DNA of 52,179 nt from a bacterium (GCA_046757165.1 JBHHXT010000011.1:1-52179); one strand, 5' to 3'. Shown: positions 38,573 through 49,363, counted from the first letter of the stretch. Numbers and translations are program-made. Notes: generated from the letters alone by a model not told the origin.

Positions 38573-38711
38573 GCTCAACGCCCCATAAATCCGTCCAAAG
38601 GTAATTGGGAATTGTGACTGATCTAAAACTTTAGCTGACTTCGTTTAGCTATTTAAACCCAAAACCTTTAGCGAACTTATATAAGCGTACTCCTCAGTTT
38701 TCTAAATTTGA

Positions 38712-38742
38712 CAAATATATGAATATTATTCGATTTAGTCAA
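38712..38742 (-). promoter_or_regulatory. Promoter upstream of the porV leader
   Basis: TTGACT-17 bp-TATATT; the -10 region also reads TATATTTG (Bacteroidota-type TAnnTTTG). Confidence 0.6.
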
Positions 38743-38945
38743 GATGTTTTTTCTCCCCATCCACTGGAGATGGTGATAGGTGTAACAAGATTCAGGCCAA
38801 TCTCACCAACGACACCAATTTGAGTTGCAGATTCATGTTTCTTCAACATTTATAAACATTTCCGAAATTGTTGACCAGAAACATTTCCTCGAGCTATGAT
38901 TTCAAATATGTATCGGCGTGTTACAAGTGTGAATAAACAAGTCAC

Positions 38946-39323
38946 CTAACTGATTTCACTCTTGTAGTCCTCGGCGGAGAGCAACCCCTCAACCTCAGAA
39001 GGCTGAGAGAACTTCAACTTGATGATCCAGCCTTCGCCGTAGGGGTCGGTGTTGATCAGCTCCGGCTGCTCTTCGAGTAAACTATTGACCTCCACAATCT
39101 CGCCAGATAGGGGCGCAAACAGCTCGGACACTGCTTTAACCGCCTCGATGGTGCCGAACGGTTCCATTTGGCCGGTCTCATCACCAACACTCGGCAATTC
39201 CACAAAAACGATATCCCCGAGCTCGCCTTGCGCATAGTCGGAGATGCCGACCCGGGCGATATCGTCTTCAATCGCCACCCACTCGTGTTCTGAAGTGTAG
39301 AGCAGTTCCTCGGGAAGGTGCAT
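38946..39323 (-). CDS. gcvH: Glycine cleavage system H protein
   Basis: YTSEHEWV, GISDYAQGELGDIVFVELP, IEAVKAVSE lipoyl Lys, DPYGEGW; AGGAGG RBS before ATG 39323. Confidence 0.97.
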   Translation of the reverse strand: MHLPEELLYTSEHEWVAIEDDIARVGISDYAQGELGDIVFVELPSVGDETGQMEPFGTIEAVKAVSELFAPLSGEIVEVNSLLEEQPELINTDPYGEGWIIKLKFSQPSEVEGLLSAEDYKSEIS

Positions 39324-39375
39324 TTGCTCCTCCTTGCTTAGATCAGTTACTCGCTCTTTTGCATGCCGGCAGTGT

Positions 39376-40731
39376 TCAAGCTGCCGTGGCGTAAGCCGAT
39401 GATTGCAACTTTTCGACATACCTGGTATCAAAGTTTCCCATGATAAAATCATCATCTTGCAGAACTTGCAGATGAAAGGGGATCGTGGTCGCGATGCCCT
39501 CGATCACAAACTCCTCCAGGCATCGCATCATGCGCGTTATCGCTTCATCACGCGTCCGGCCGTGTGTGATGAGCTTTGCGACCAGTGAGTCGTAAAACGG
39601 CGGAATCAGATACTGCGCATACGCATGCGTGTCCACACGTACGCCCGGCCCGCCGGGCACATGAAAGCTGGTGATTTTGCCGGGTGAGGGACGAAACCCC
39701 CTGGCCGGATCTTCCGCATTGATGCGGCACTCGATGGCGTGACCACGCATTAGGTACTCTTTGTCCCATCGAAATTTGACCCCGGCGGCAACCTCGATCT
39801 GTTTCTTGATCAAATCCGTTCCAAAGACGGCTTCGGTGACGGGATGTTCGACCTGGATGCGCGTGTTCATCTCCATGAAATAGAATTTGCCGTTTTCGTA
39901 GAGATACTCGATGGTGCCGGCGCCTTCGTAGTTCACCGCTTTCGTCCCCTTGATGGCCGCATGACACATCTGTTTTCTGATTTCAGGCGTCACCACAGGC
40001 GAGGGGGATTCTTCGATCAACTTCTGGTGCTTGCGCTGAATCGAGCATTCGCGTTCGCCAAGGGCCACGACGTTGCCATGCGAATCAGCCAGAATTTGCA
40101 CTTCGATGTGTCGGGGATGCGCGAAGTACTTTTCCAGATAGACGTCTGGATTGCCGAATCCGGCTTCCGCCTCCGCCCTCGCCTGGCCAAAGGCATTTTC
40201 CAGAGCAGCAGGGTCTTGGACAATACGCATGCCGCGTCCTCCGCCACCAGCCGAGGCTTTTACAATGACCGGGTAGCCCAGGTCATCGGCGATCTTTCTT
40301 GCCTGTCCGACGTCCTGCAGCACGCCATCGCTGCCCGGAATCACCGGCACGCCGGCAGCCTTCATGGTTTCCTTGGCCACCGATTTGTTGCCCATGGCAT
40401 TGATCATCTCAGGCGTTGGGCCAATGAATTTGATATCGCAGGAGGCGCAAATCTCGGCAAAGTTGGCGTTTTCAGCCAGGAAGCCGTAGCCCGGATGAAT
40501 CGCCTCCGAATTGGTGACTTCGGCAGCACTGATGATACGCGGGATTTGCAGGTAACTCTGGTTGCTTGGCCCGGGGCCAATACACACGACCTCGTCGGCA
40601 AACCGAACGGGCAGTGAATCCGCATCTGCTTCGGAATAAACGGCAACCGTGGAAATGCCCAGTTCCTTGCAGGCACGGATAATGCGCAGGGCTATCTCGC
40701 CCCGGTTGGCAATAAGTATTTTCTTAAACAA
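39376..40731 (-). CDS. accC: Acetyl-CoA carboxylase biotin carboxylase subunit
   Basis: [45 protein letters not shown]. Confidence 0.97.
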   Translation of the reverse strand: MFKKILIANRGEIALRIIRACKELGISTVAVYSEADADSLPVRFADEVVCIGPGPSNQSYLQIPRIISAAEVTNSEAIHPGYGFLAENANFAEICASCDIKFIGPTPEMINAMGNKSVAKETMKAAGVPVIPGSDGVLQDVGQARKIADDLGYPVIVKASAGGGGRGMRIVQDPAALENAFGQARAEAEAGFGNPDVYLEKYFAHPRHIEVQILADSHGNVVALGERECSIQRKHQKLIEESPSPVVTPEIRKQMCHAAIKGTKAVNYEGAGTIEYLYENGKFYFMEMNTRIQVEHPVTEAVFGTDLIKKQIEVAAGVKFRWDKEYLMRGHAIECRINAEDPARGFRPSPGKITSFHVPGGPGVRVDTHAYAQYLIPPFYDSLVAKLITHGRTRDEAITRMMRCLEEFVIEGIATTIPFHLQVLQDDDFIMGNFDTRYVEKLQSSAYATAA

Positions 40732-40779
40732 TGCACACGTCTCAGGTTTCGAACACTCGTTTGAACAGCTAAAGCTGAC

Positions 40780-41265
40780 CTACACCGGTTCGATCAGGAA
40801 AAGCGGCTGATTGTATTCAACGGGTTGCCCATCCTGCACCAGGATGTCGACGATTTTGCCGGCCTGCTCGGACTCGATCTCGTTCATCAATTTCATCGCT
40901 TCGATGAGACACAAGACCTGACCCTGTTTAACGGTCTGCCCCACCTCGATATAAGGATCGGCATCTGGCGCGGGGGCGCGATAAAAGGTGCCCACCATGG
41001 GAGATTTGACTTCAACGCCCCTTTTGTCGGGCGCAGCGGAGTTCTCCTCTGCCTTGGCTGGCACCGGTGATGCAGCAGGTGCTGGTGGCGCACTCTGCGC
41101 CTGAATTGTCGGCGCCGGCGCTGAGTTCATGACGATATGGGAATTTGTGGGGGTCTTGGAGATTTTGATGGTTTTCTTCCCCCATCGCGTCCGCGTGATC
41201 TCGATTTGACTGATATTGCTTTCTTCGACTATCTTCACGAGTCGTCTGATTTCATCTTCTTTCAT
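40780..41265 (-). CDS. accB: Acetyl-CoA carboxylase biotin carboxyl carrier protein
   Basis: [20 protein letters not shown], Ala/Pro linker. Confidence 0.97.
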   Translation of the reverse strand: MKEDEIRRLVKIVEESNISQIEITRTRWGKKTIKISKTPTNSHIVMNSAPAPTIQAQSAPPAPAASPVPAKAEENSAAPDKRGVEVKSPMVGTFYRAPAPDADPYIEVGQTVKQGQVLCLIEAMKLMNEIESEQAGKIVDILVQDGQPVEYNQPLFLIEPV

Positions 41266-41537
41266 TACCGTCTCCTCGTTTCACTTAATTGAGTACGCGC
41301 ACTCTGAACCAAACGACTGCGCCCACTTTTGTCAATCAAGCAAAATCGAAACATAAGAGTTCATTAAGAATCCGGGATGGATCGCTGAAGCTGCTAAATA
41401 TAACGGAAAATGAAGTAAAAAGCAACCCATTTTCAAGAATTTTGGCCCGTGCTGATCGGGTTTGAGGACGGTTGGAATACACCCCGTAGTTGGGCATGAG
41501 ATAAGCTCAATCAGGCAGTCTAAAACCAACCGGCAAG

Positions 41538-42428
41538 TCATTCATCGGCGAGTGCCCAGAATGGAATTCGGTCTTTTGTATGGCTAAATCCCAACGTTTC
41601 AAGAACCGGCACGACGGCGGTGCGGCGAGCGCCATCATATCTCAGGCGCGCGATCTCTGCTTGCAGCTGCACATCTGTTGCAATGGTCACCAATTGCCTG
41701 GAGAGGGTGGCCATCTCCCGGCCCGCCTCCAGCTTGTCGCGCAGAGATTTCGCCCCCCGGACCGGAAGGTGCGCCACGCGCTCGAGGCCTGCATAGATCG
41801 CCTCGAGACTCCCAAAATGAGCCAGCAGGAGGCCTGCGGTTTTCGGACCGACTCCCTTGATTCCGGGCACGTTGTCGACCGAATCCCCCATCAGCGCCAG
41901 CAGATCGACGATCTGATTCGGGGCAACGCCAAACTTCTCCTGTACGGCTCTGGCGTCATAGCGTACATCGCGCGCAAAATCCCAGACAACCACCTCGTCA
42001 TCAACAAGCTGGGCAAAGTCCTTGTCGCTCGATATGATCACACAGTGCGCGTCCTGTTCCCGAAGCTGCCTGACCAACGTGCCGATCAGATCATCTGATT
42101 CAAATCTGTCGTCGACAAACGAAACCATGCCCAGAGCATGCGTCATCCGGCGACACGCCTCAAGCTGCGCTTCCAGCTCAGGCGGCGGCAGGCCACGCTG
42201 GGCTTTGTACTGCGGGTAGATTTCGTTGCGAAACGAAGTCGTCAGACTGCCATCAAATGCCACCGCCAGGTGCGTGGGTTTTTCTCTTTTTAAGACCTGA
42301 ATCAGGAACTCTGTGTAGCCATAAATCGCATTGGTCACGTTGCCATCTGGCGACTTCATGCTCGCTGGAATGGAATAATAAGCTCTGAAAATGTACGGGC
42401 TGGCGTCTATGAGGTGGACGGTCGGCAT
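41538..42428 (-). CDS. Stand-alone 5'-3' exonuclease / flap endonuclease
   Basis: LIDASPYIFRAYY, AFDG, YKAQR, ESDDLIG, SSDKD, GDSVDNVPGIKGVGPKTA; no polymerase domain. Confidence 0.93.
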   Translation of the reverse strand: MPTVHLIDASPYIFRAYYSIPASMKSPDGNVTNAIYGYTEFLIQVLKREKPTHLAVAFDGSLTTSFRNEIYPQYKAQRGLPPPELEAQLEACRRMTHALGMVSFVDDRFESDDLIGTLVRQLREQDAHCVIISSDKDFAQLVDDEVVVWDFARDVRYDARAVQEKFGVAPNQIVDLLALMGDSVDNVPGIKGVGPKTAGLLLAHFGSLEAIYAGLERVAHLPVRGAKSLRDKLEAGREMATLSRQLVTIATDVQLQAEIARLRYDGARRTAVVPVLETLGFSHTKDRIPFWALADE

Positions 42429-42452
42429 GAGGCAGCAGGGTCAGCTTCCCGG

Positions 42453-43088
42453 TCAGGCTGGACTGGGTTGTGGCAGGCTGTCAAACAGCTTGACGACATC
42501 CAGCTCGAACCCCGGCAACAGCTCTGGTGCGGTCAGGATGTCCCGGACGCTGAATTTGTGTTCCCGCGAGCAGACGAGAATTTCGCGGGTGTCAGAAATG
42601 ACAAGCCAGACAACTTGCGTGCCTTGCTCGAGGTACTCGTCAACCTTCTTCATGACAGCAGAAAAGTTGTCGTCCGGTGAAATTATCTCGATTGCAAGGT
42701 CAGGCGCCATGGCCGGAAACCGCTCCAGCTCCTCAGGCACTCTTTCTTTCTTAACAAACGCGAGATCGGGAATACGTGACTCTCTGGGGCGATCCGGCCA
42801 GAGGCAAAAGTTGGTTTCAGTCATCGCGTAGCCAAGCGGATTTTCATCCAGGTAAGAATCAAGCAATCTCCCGATCTTAACCTGCAGCATGCCATGCCTG
42901 GGATTGGCCATCTTGTACACCACCTTTCCGTTGTATAGTTCGGCGGGATACGGCAGTGAGGTTTTTTCCAGCTCCTCCGCTGTAACATCGGTACGCTGTT
43001 CAATCGGGACGGGGTCCATGGCAACCTCTTGCTGTGGCGATGTTGGTTGTTCCGCCTGCACTTTGGAGACTTCGGTCGTTTCAGCCAC
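42453..43088 (-). CDS. Uma2-family PD-(D/E)XK endonuclease
   Basis: ELYNG, RIPDLAFV, PDLAIEIISP, KVDEYL..G..VVWLV, ELLPGF. Confidence 0.92.
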   Translation of the reverse strand: MAETTEVSKVQAEQPTSPQQEVAMDPVPIEQRTDVTAEELEKTSLPYPAELYNGKVVYKMANPRHGMLQVKIGRLLDSYLDENPLGYAMTETNFCLWPDRPRESRIPDLAFVKKERVPEELERFPAMAPDLAIEIISPDDNFSAVMKKVDEYLEQGTQVVWLVISDTREILVCSREHKFSVRDILTAPELLPGFELDVVKLFDSLPQPSPA

Positions 43089-43206
43089 TTCTCACCTCGT
43101 TCTTCAGTTGAAATCAAACTCAAAATAATGAGAATGCCACTTAATGTCAAGAAGAATCCTTTTGGTCAAATTGACGGTCCCCCCACATTCCTTGAAACAG
43201 TTATTG

Positions 43207-43449
43207 TCAAGTCTGATCCAACATGGTTTGCAACTCCGGGCTGCTGATGACGCTATTATGTATGTTTGCGCGCTCGAATTCCGCTTGCAGGTCGCGGAAC
43301 CCACAGGCTTCCTTCGTACACCCCGGAGTGTCGTCTTTCGGATAAAAATAGAGAACGACGTGCCTGCCGCGTAAGCCGGAGAGCGTCACCTCCTCTTCGC
43401 TGTCGTTCTTCAAGGTAAAGTCCGGCGCGGTTTGGCCTTCTTGTTCTGG
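43207..43449 (-). pseudogene. bcp: Truncated BCP/PrxQ peroxiredoxin
   Basis: GQTAPDFTL...VVLYFYPKDDTPGCTKEACGFRD; in-frame TAA just upstream, no ATG, and similarity ends after about 60 aa. Confidence 0.85.
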
Positions 43450-43475
43450 TTAGCAGAGCGTGTGTGCAGAATTGG

Positions 43476-43532
43476 GGTGTTCACGCTTTAGCGTGTTTGC
43501 CCCCCACCCCAGCAAGCTAAAGCTTGAACACC
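43476..43532. repeat. REP doublet (GGTGTTCACGCTTTAGCGTG / CAAGCTAAAGCTTGAACACC)
   Basis: Two inverted 20-mers, each with its own internal hairpin. Confidence 0.8.
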
Positions 43533-43602
43533 GCCCCCCCCACGGTCAGTTTGGGTAAAGGACCTTTTGGGTTCCTGCTCGTCCGGCTTGTGAGTTATCA
43601 GC

Positions 43603-46305
43603 TTACGAAACCACCGGATCAGGCTTCTCCGCATCAACGCCCAATTCTTTGATCGCCTTCTGAACTTGCGCCGGCTTTATCTTGCCCTCTCTGGCAAGTC
43701 GACTCAGCACCGCAATCGTGATGCATTCGGCGTCCACTTCAAAAAAGCGACGCAAGGCTTCACGGGTGTCGCTGCGCCCAAACCCGTCTGTTCCGAGGGA
43801 GAACAGGCCTCCCGGGACCCAGCGGCTAATCTGCTCGGCAACGATTTTCATGTAGTCCGTGGCTGCCACAAACGGGCCTTCTTCTTTTTGCAGGAGTTCG
43901 ACAATGTACGGGACTCGCGGCTTTTCGGTCGGATGGAGCATGTTCCAGCGCTCCACGGCCAGCGCGTCCCGGCGGAGCTCCTTGTAGCTGGTGGCACTCC
44001 AAACCTCCGCGGCGACGTTGTAGCGCTCTGCCAGGATTTCCTGTGCGCGCAAGGCTTCACGCAGAATCGAACCGCTGCCGAAGATCTGCGCTCTCAGCAC
44101 CTCTTTTCCCTTCGGCGTCTCTGCTGCACGAAACTTGTAGAGTCCTTTCAGGATGCCTTCCTCCACGCCTTTGGGCATCGCAGCCATCGGGTAGTTCTCG
44201 TTGCCCAGGGTGATGTAGTAGAAAATATCCTCCTGGTTCTGGTACATGCGTTGCATGCCGTTTTGGATGATGACAGCAATTTCGTAAGCAAAGGTCGGAT
44301 CATAGGTCAGCAGATTCGGAATGGTGCTCGCCAGCACGTGGCTGTGGCCGTCTTCGTGCTGCAAGCCTTCGCCGTTCAGGGTGGTGCGGCCAGAAGTAGC
44401 GCCCAGGAGAAAACCACGACCACGCAAGTCGCCAAACGCCCAAATCAAATCACCGATGCGCTGGAAGCCGAACATGGAATAGAAGATGAAGAACGGAATC
44501 ATGACCTCGCCGTGGGTGGCATAAGTGGTGCCGGCAGCGGTGAAGGAGGCCATGGCGCCCGCTTCCGTGATCCCTTCTTCCAGAATCTGGCCATTCTTCT
44601 CCTCCCGGTAGTACAGAAAAGTGTCGGCATCCACTGGTTCATAAACCTGGCCAACATGCGAATAAATCCCGCATTGCCGGAACAGCGACTCCATGCCGAA
44701 GGTGCGCGCTTCGTCCGGCACGATCGGCACGATTCGCTGGCCGACGACGGGGTCCTTCAATAAGTTCGTCAGCATGCGCACGAACGCCATGGTCGTTGAA
44801 ACCGGACGCTCTGAACCCGCATAAAACTCTTTGAACCTGTCCTCCCGGGGCAGGTCGATCGGCACAGAAACGACCTTTCTGGCGGGCACAAACCCACCGA
44901 GAGCATGCCGTCGCTCCAGCAGATATTCCGCTTCCAGGCTGGTCGGATCGGGTTTGTAGAACGGCGCTGTATGTATTTTGGAATTCGGAATGGGAATGTT
45001 GAAGCGGTCACGAAAAAGCTTCAGCTCCTCCTCATTCAGCTTCTTTTGCTGGTGCGTGATGTTCTTGCCTTCTCCCGCTTCCCCCAGACCATAGCCCTTG
45101 ACGGTTTTTGCCAGGATGACTGTTGGGCTGCCCTCGTTTTCAACCGCGGCTTTATAAGCGGCGTACACTTTCTCCGGATCGTGTCCCCCGCGGCGGAGCT
45201 TGTAAACCTGCTCATCAGAGAGGTGCTCCACAAGCTTGAGCAGCTCCGGATACTTGCCAAAGAAATCCTTCCGGGCATAGTCGCCGGACTCGACCGTGTA
45301 CTTTTGAAACTGGCCGTCCACAACTTCATTCATGCGCTGCACCAGCAGGCCGGTGGTGTCCTTCTCCAGCAGCGGGTCCCAGTCGTCCCCCCAGATCACT
45401 TTGATGACGTTCCAGCCCGCGCCGCGGAAGATGGTCTCCAGCTCCTGGATGATCTTGCCGTTGCCGCGCACCGGGCCGTCCAGCCGCTGCAAGTTACAGT
45501 TGATGACAAAGATCAGATTGTCCAGTCGTTCGCGCGCGGCCAGGGTGATAGCGCCCAGGGTCTCGGGCTCGTCCGTTTCGCCGTCGCCGAGAAAGGCCCA
45601 AACGTGGCTGCCGCTGGTATCCTTGATGCCACGGTCCTGCAAGTAACGGCTGAAACGCGCCTGATAAATGGCAGTAATCGGCGACAACCCCATAGACACC
45701 GTCGGGAACTCCCAAAAATCAGGCATGAGCCACGGGTGCGGGTAGGAAGAAAGGCCGCCATCCTTTTCCAGCTCCCGGCGAAAGTTTTCCATGTGTTTGT
45801 GCGTGATTCTCCCTTCCAGGAAGGCACGCGCATAAATGCCCGGGGAGGCGTGGCCCTGAAAGAAGATCTGATCGCCGTCAAACCCCTTTCCTTTGGCACG
45901 GAAAAAATGGTTCAAGCCGACCTCGTAGAGCGTCGCCGCAGAGGCATAGGTCGAGATGTGGCCGCCGATGCCGGGATATTTGATGTTCGCCCGCACCACC
46001 ATGGCCATCGCGTTCCAGCGAATGATGCTTTTGATGCGGCGCTCGATCATGCGATTGCCGGGGAATTCAGGCTGCTGCTCAACCGGGATGGTGTTGACAT
46101 ACGGCGTGTTGGCCGTGAAGGGCAACTTGATGCCCTGGCTGTACCCTTTTTCGACCAGCTTATTGAGCAGAAATACCGTGCGCTCGGGGCCTTTGGCCTG
46201 GATCACATCTTCGAGCGCCTCCAGCCACTCCTCGGTTTCCTCCACGTCAGAATCCCCGTTTAACGTGACGTTGTGCAAATAAGCGGTGACGTTGTCATGG
46301 GTCAT
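43603..46305 (-). CDS. aceE: Pyruvate dehydrogenase E1 component, homodimeric type
   Basis: ETEEWLEAL, GGHISTYAS, FPTVSMGL, FLGDGETDEPE, GRTTLNGEGLQHEDG. Confidence 0.97.
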   Translation of the reverse strand: MTHDNVTAYLHNVTLNGDSDVEETEEWLEALEDVIQAKGPERTVFLLNKLVEKGYSQGIKLPFTANTPYVNTIPVEQQPEFPGNRMIERRIKSIIRWNAMAMVVRANIKYPGIGGHISTYASAATLYEVGLNHFFRAKGKGFDGDQIFFQGHASPGIYARAFLEGRITHKHMENFRRELEKDGGLSSYPHPWLMPDFWEFPTVSMGLSPITAIYQARFSRYLQDRGIKDTSGSHVWAFLGDGETDEPETLGAITLAARERLDNLIFVINCNLQRLDGPVRGNGKIIQELETIFRGAGWNVIKVIWGDDWDPLLEKDTTGLLVQRMNEVVDGQFQKYTVESGDYARKDFFGKYPELLKLVEHLSDEQVYKLRRGGHDPEKVYAAYKAAVENEGSPTVILAKTVKGYGLGEAGEGKNITHQQKKLNEEELKLFRDRFNIPIPNSKIHTAPFYKPDPTSLEAEYLLERRHALGGFVPARKVVSVPIDLPREDRFKEFYAGSERPVSTTMAFVRMLTNLLKDPVVGQRIVPIVPDEARTFGMESLFRQCGIYSHVGQVYEPVDADTFLYYREEKNGQILEEGITEAGAMASFTAAGTTYATHGEVMIPFFIFYSMFGFQRIGDLIWAFGDLRGRGFLLGATSGRTTLNGEGLQHEDGHSHVLASTIPNLLTYDPTFAYEIAVIIQNGMQRMYQNQEDIFYYITLGNENYPMAAMPKGVEEGILKGLYKFRAAETPKGKEVLRAQIFGSGSILREALRAQEILAERYNVAAEVWSATSYKELRRDALAVERWNMLHPTEKPRVPYIVELLQKEEGPFVAATDYMKIVAEQISRWVPGGLFSLGTDGFGRSDTREALRRFFEVDAECITIAVLSRLAREGKIKPAQVQKAIKELGVDAEKPDPVVS

Positions 46306-46437
46306 ATCAAAACATCTCCTTGTTCATGATTCACATTCAGTCCCCGGGCAATTAAGCAATTCTCATCTAATAGTCAATATCAAAGTCCGCCCTAAGACAA
46401 AGGGCGAGGGGCGATTTCATCCTGAACTCCGCTGCCA

Positions 46438-46469
46438 GAAATTCCAAATCCGAAGCTCGAAATCCGAAA
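46438..46469. repeat. Short heptamer tandem repeat (AAATTCC/AAATCCG/AAGCTCG/AAATCCG)
   Basis: Four degenerate 7-bp units in intergenic DNA. Confidence 0.45.
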
Positions 46470-46514
46470 AAAGCTGAGCCAAAAAGATTCAACAAATAAA
46501 CGCAGATTTATGTC

Positions 46515-46732
46515 ATTACCACCATCTTTTTCAAAAAAGTGCAAATAAATGGAACACGGATAGGACGGATTTAACGGATCGGAACGGATTGGACTTAATG
46601 ACCATTCACGTAATGTGTCGAAGTCAGTGGAATGGGGACGTGTGACCCATGAGTTTTTTGGTTTTCACCCAAAATCAGATCCGTGTAAATCCGCTAAATC
46701 CGTTAGATCCGCGTTCCATTAGTTTGCGGCTT
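46515..46732 (-). mobile_element. MITE-like repeat, copy 3
   Basis: Homologous to copies 1 and 2, with two extra CGGAT units at one end. Confidence 0.85.
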
Positions 46733-46751
46733 CGCTCGACTCAATGCCTGT

Positions 46752-48245
46752 CTACTCCGTGGCCCACTGGCGACTGCGTTCGAGGGCCCGGTGCCAGTTT
46801 CGCGTCAAAGCTCGCACGCGCTCATCCGCCATCCCTGGTTGGAAGGCTCTGTCCGTCTGCCACTGATCCTGGATTTCATCGAAACTCTGCCAGAATCCGA
46901 CTGCCAGGCCGGCGAGGTACGCCGCCCCGAGCGCGGTGGTTTCAGTCACCTGCGGACGAACGACGGGCAGCCCGAGTACGTCTGCTTGAAACTGCATGAG
47001 CGTGTCGTTGACAGTCGCGCCGCCATCCACGCGCAGCTCCTGGATTTCGATGCCGGCGTCCGACTGCATCGCGCGCATGACATCGGCGCTCTGGAACGCG
47101 ATACTCTCCAAAGCCGCGCGCGCAAGATGGCCGGAGGTCGTGCCGCGCGTCAACCCCACCAGCGTCCCGCGCGCAGTGGCATCCCAGTGCGGCGCCCCCA
47201 GTCCGGCAAACGCCGGCACCAGGTAGACGCCGCCGTTGTCCTCCACAGAGTTCGCCAGCGCCTCGATCTCAGATGAAGACTCGATCAGGCCCAGGCCATC
47301 GCGCAGCCACTGCACAACGGCTCCCGCGATGAAAACACTCCCTTCCAGGGCGTAGGTGACTTCATCACCCAGCTTCCAGGCCACGGTGGTCAGCAAATTG
47401 TTGGCCGAGGCCCTGGGTTTGGAGCCGGTGTTCAGCATCATGAAACAGCCTGTGCCATAGGTGTTTTTCAGCATGCCGGGCCGGGTACACATCTGGCCAA
47501 ACAGCGCCGCCTGCTGGTCCCCGGCGACCCCCGCAATCGGCGTTTTGCGTCCGAGAAAGGACTCCACGGTCTCACCATAAAGTTCACCGCCGGCGCGCAC
47601 TTCAGGCAGCATGGCCCGTGGAATGTCGAGCAGCGCCAGTAGCTCCGCATCCCACTCGCACTGGTGAATGTTGTAGATCATGGTGCGGCTGGCGTTGCTG
47701 ATGTCGGCCACGTGCTGCTTGCCTCCGGTCAGGTTCCAGATGAGCCAGCTATCGATGGTCCCGAACGCCAGCTCTCCCGCCTCTGCCCTTGCACGCACTC
47801 CGGCGACGTTGTCGAGAATCCATTTGATCTTGGTGCCGGAAAAGTAAGCGTCCACCACCAGTCCGGTTTTGTCGCGCACCATCTGCGCATGACCAGCGGC
47901 TTTCAGCTCGCCACAGACGGCCGCCGTCCGGCGATCTTGCCAGACGATGGCCGGATGAATCGGCTCCCCGGTTCCCCGGTCCCAAACGACGGTGGTTTCC
48001 CGCTGATTGGTGATGCCGATGGCCGCGACCTCTGCCGCATCAGCGCGCACGCGCTTCATGACCTCGAGCGCAACTTCAGTTTGCGTCTGCCAGATCTCGT
48101 TGGCGTCGTGCTCCACCCAACCAGGCCGTGGGAAATGCTGCCGGAACTCCTGTTGCGCCATGGCGCGAACCACGCCGGAATGGTCAAAGAGAATGGCGCG
48201 GGAACTCGTGGTCCCCTGGTCGAGGGCGAGGATGTATTTGTGCAT
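46752..48245 (-). CDS. glpK: Glycerol kinase
   Basis: [46 protein letters not shown]. Confidence 0.97.
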   Translation of the reverse strand: MHKYILALDQGTTSSRAILFDHSGVVRAMAQQEFRQHFPRPGWVEHDANEIWQTQTEVALEVMKRVRADAAEVAAIGITNQRETTVVWDRGTGEPIHPAIVWQDRRTAAVCGELKAAGHAQMVRDKTGLVVDAYFSGTKIKWILDNVAGVRARAEAGELAFGTIDSWLIWNLTGGKQHVADISNASRTMIYNIHQCEWDAELLALLDIPRAMLPEVRAGGELYGETVESFLGRKTPIAGVAGDQQAALFGQMCTRPGMLKNTYGTGCFMMLNTGSKPRASANNLLTTVAWKLGDEVTYALEGSVFIAGAVVQWLRDGLGLIESSSEIEALANSVEDNGGVYLVPAFAGLGAPHWDATARGTLVGLTRGTTSGHLARAALESIAFQSADVMRAMQSDAGIEIQELRVDGGATVNDTLMQFQADVLGLPVVRPQVTETTALGAAYLAGLAVGFWQSFDEIQDQWQTDRAFQPGMADERVRALTRNWHRALERSRQWATE

Positions 48246-48373
48246 CCGCTTCGTTCCTTTCGTCGTGCGTGAATTTTCTCCTTGCAGGTCGATTCGAGTT
48301 TGTCTATCTTATTTCAAACCGCACCAACCTATGAATATTTCAAATAAATCGCAAACAATAAGCCGCGAAGATA

Positions 48374-49363
48374 TTGGAAAACTCTTTGAGCGAATGTCAT
48401 CATTCTGTTGCCGCTCCAACCCTGGATGAGATTCGTGCGGCGCGCAAGAGAATCGCGGCAGCAGCCATTCGCACGCCGCTCATTCGGCTGAATGTGGATG
48501 ACGCCCCGGCTGAGATCTATCTGAAATTGGAGAATCTGCAACCGATCGGCTCCTTTAAGCTGCGCGGCGCCGGCAATGCCATGCAGCTCGCCGGCGCCCA
48601 AAAACTGGCTAAGGGGGTCTACACCGCCAGCGCCGGCAATATGGCTCAGGGCGTGGCGTGGAATGCCCGCCAGATGGGGGTGCCCTGTGAGGTCATCGTT
48701 CCTGACCACGCACCGCAAACGAAGCTGGCGGCGATCACACGTTTGGGGGCAAAAATCGTCAAAGTACCGTTTGACCAATGGTGGCAGGTCATCATAGAAC
48801 ATCGCTACGCAGGAATGGCTGGATTCTTCATTCATCCGGTCAGCGACACGGCTGTTATGGCAGGGAATGGTACCATCGGCCTGGAGATTCTCGAAGACCT
48901 GCCGCAGGTCGATGCGGTAGTCATTCCGTACGGCGGCGGCGGTCTGAGCTGCGGAATTGCCTCGGCCCTGCGGACGCTGAAACCCGAGGCAAAAATCTAC
49001 GCCTGCGAGGTCGAGAGTGCCGCCCCGTTGCGGGCTGCCTTGCGGGCAGGCGTCCCGACGCCCGTGGCCTACACGCCCAGTTTTGTCGATGGCATCGGCA
49101 GCAAAAGCGTTCTGGCGGAAATGTGGCCGCTGGTCAAGAATCTCATCGAGGATTCCCTGGTTCTGCCGTTGGCCGAAGTCGCTGCCGCCCTCAGACTTCT
49201 GCTCGAGCGCAATCGCGTCATCGCCGAGGGCGCCGGAGCGACGCCGGTAGCAGCGGCGCTTGCAGGCAAGTGTGGCAGGGGCAAGGTGGTGTGTGTGGTC
49301 TCAGGCGGGAATATCGATCTTGAAAAACTGGCGCAAGTTGTCGCCAGCGAGGGTTACCCGTGA
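48374..49363 (+). CDS. PLP-dependent threonine/serine dehydratase-family protein
   Basis: LKLENLQPIGSFKLRGA, ASAGN, PYGGGGL, VSGGNID; start uncertain. Confidence 0.92.
   Translation: MENSLSECHHSVAAPTLDEIRAARKRIAAAAIRTPLIRLNVDDAPAEIYLKLENLQPIGSFKLRGAGNAMQLAGAQKLAKGVYTASAGNMAQGVAWNARQMGVPCEVIVPDHAPQTKLAAITRLGAKIVKVPFDQWWQVIIEHRYAGMAGFFIHPVSDTAVMAGNGTIGLEILEDLPQVDAVVIPYGGGGLSCGIASALRTLKPEAKIYACEVESAAPLRAALRAGVPTPVAYTPSFVDGIGSKSVLAEMWPLVKNLIEDSLVLPLAEVAAALRLLLERNRVIAEGAGATPVAAALAGKCGRGKVVCVVSGGNIDLEKLAQVVASEGYP

Noticed and set aside
38590..38700. Resemblance to a c-di-GMP-I riboswitch (CGCTAAAG...GGGTTTAA...GTCAGC)
   Set aside because: No GNRA-capped P2 or convincing P1 is visible; kept only as an unclassified leader.
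38784..38799. TGGCCT-N5-TTGTT as a sigma54 promoter
   Set aside because: The conserved GC at -12 is missing.
39324..39455. N-terminal extensions in the ORF track for gcvH (also MscS, SSS symporter, small barrel, DUF2281)
   Set aside because: Downstream ATGs fit RBS position and/or the expected family N-terminus better.
41538..42428. Possible polA
   Set aside because: Only the 5'-3' exonuclease domain is present and it ends cleanly.
43666..46263. Long antisense ORFs (365 and 452 aa) opposite aceE, and similar ones opposite accC, macAB, ctpA and the kinase
   Set aside because: Shadow frames of GC-rich coding strands with no recognisable motifs.
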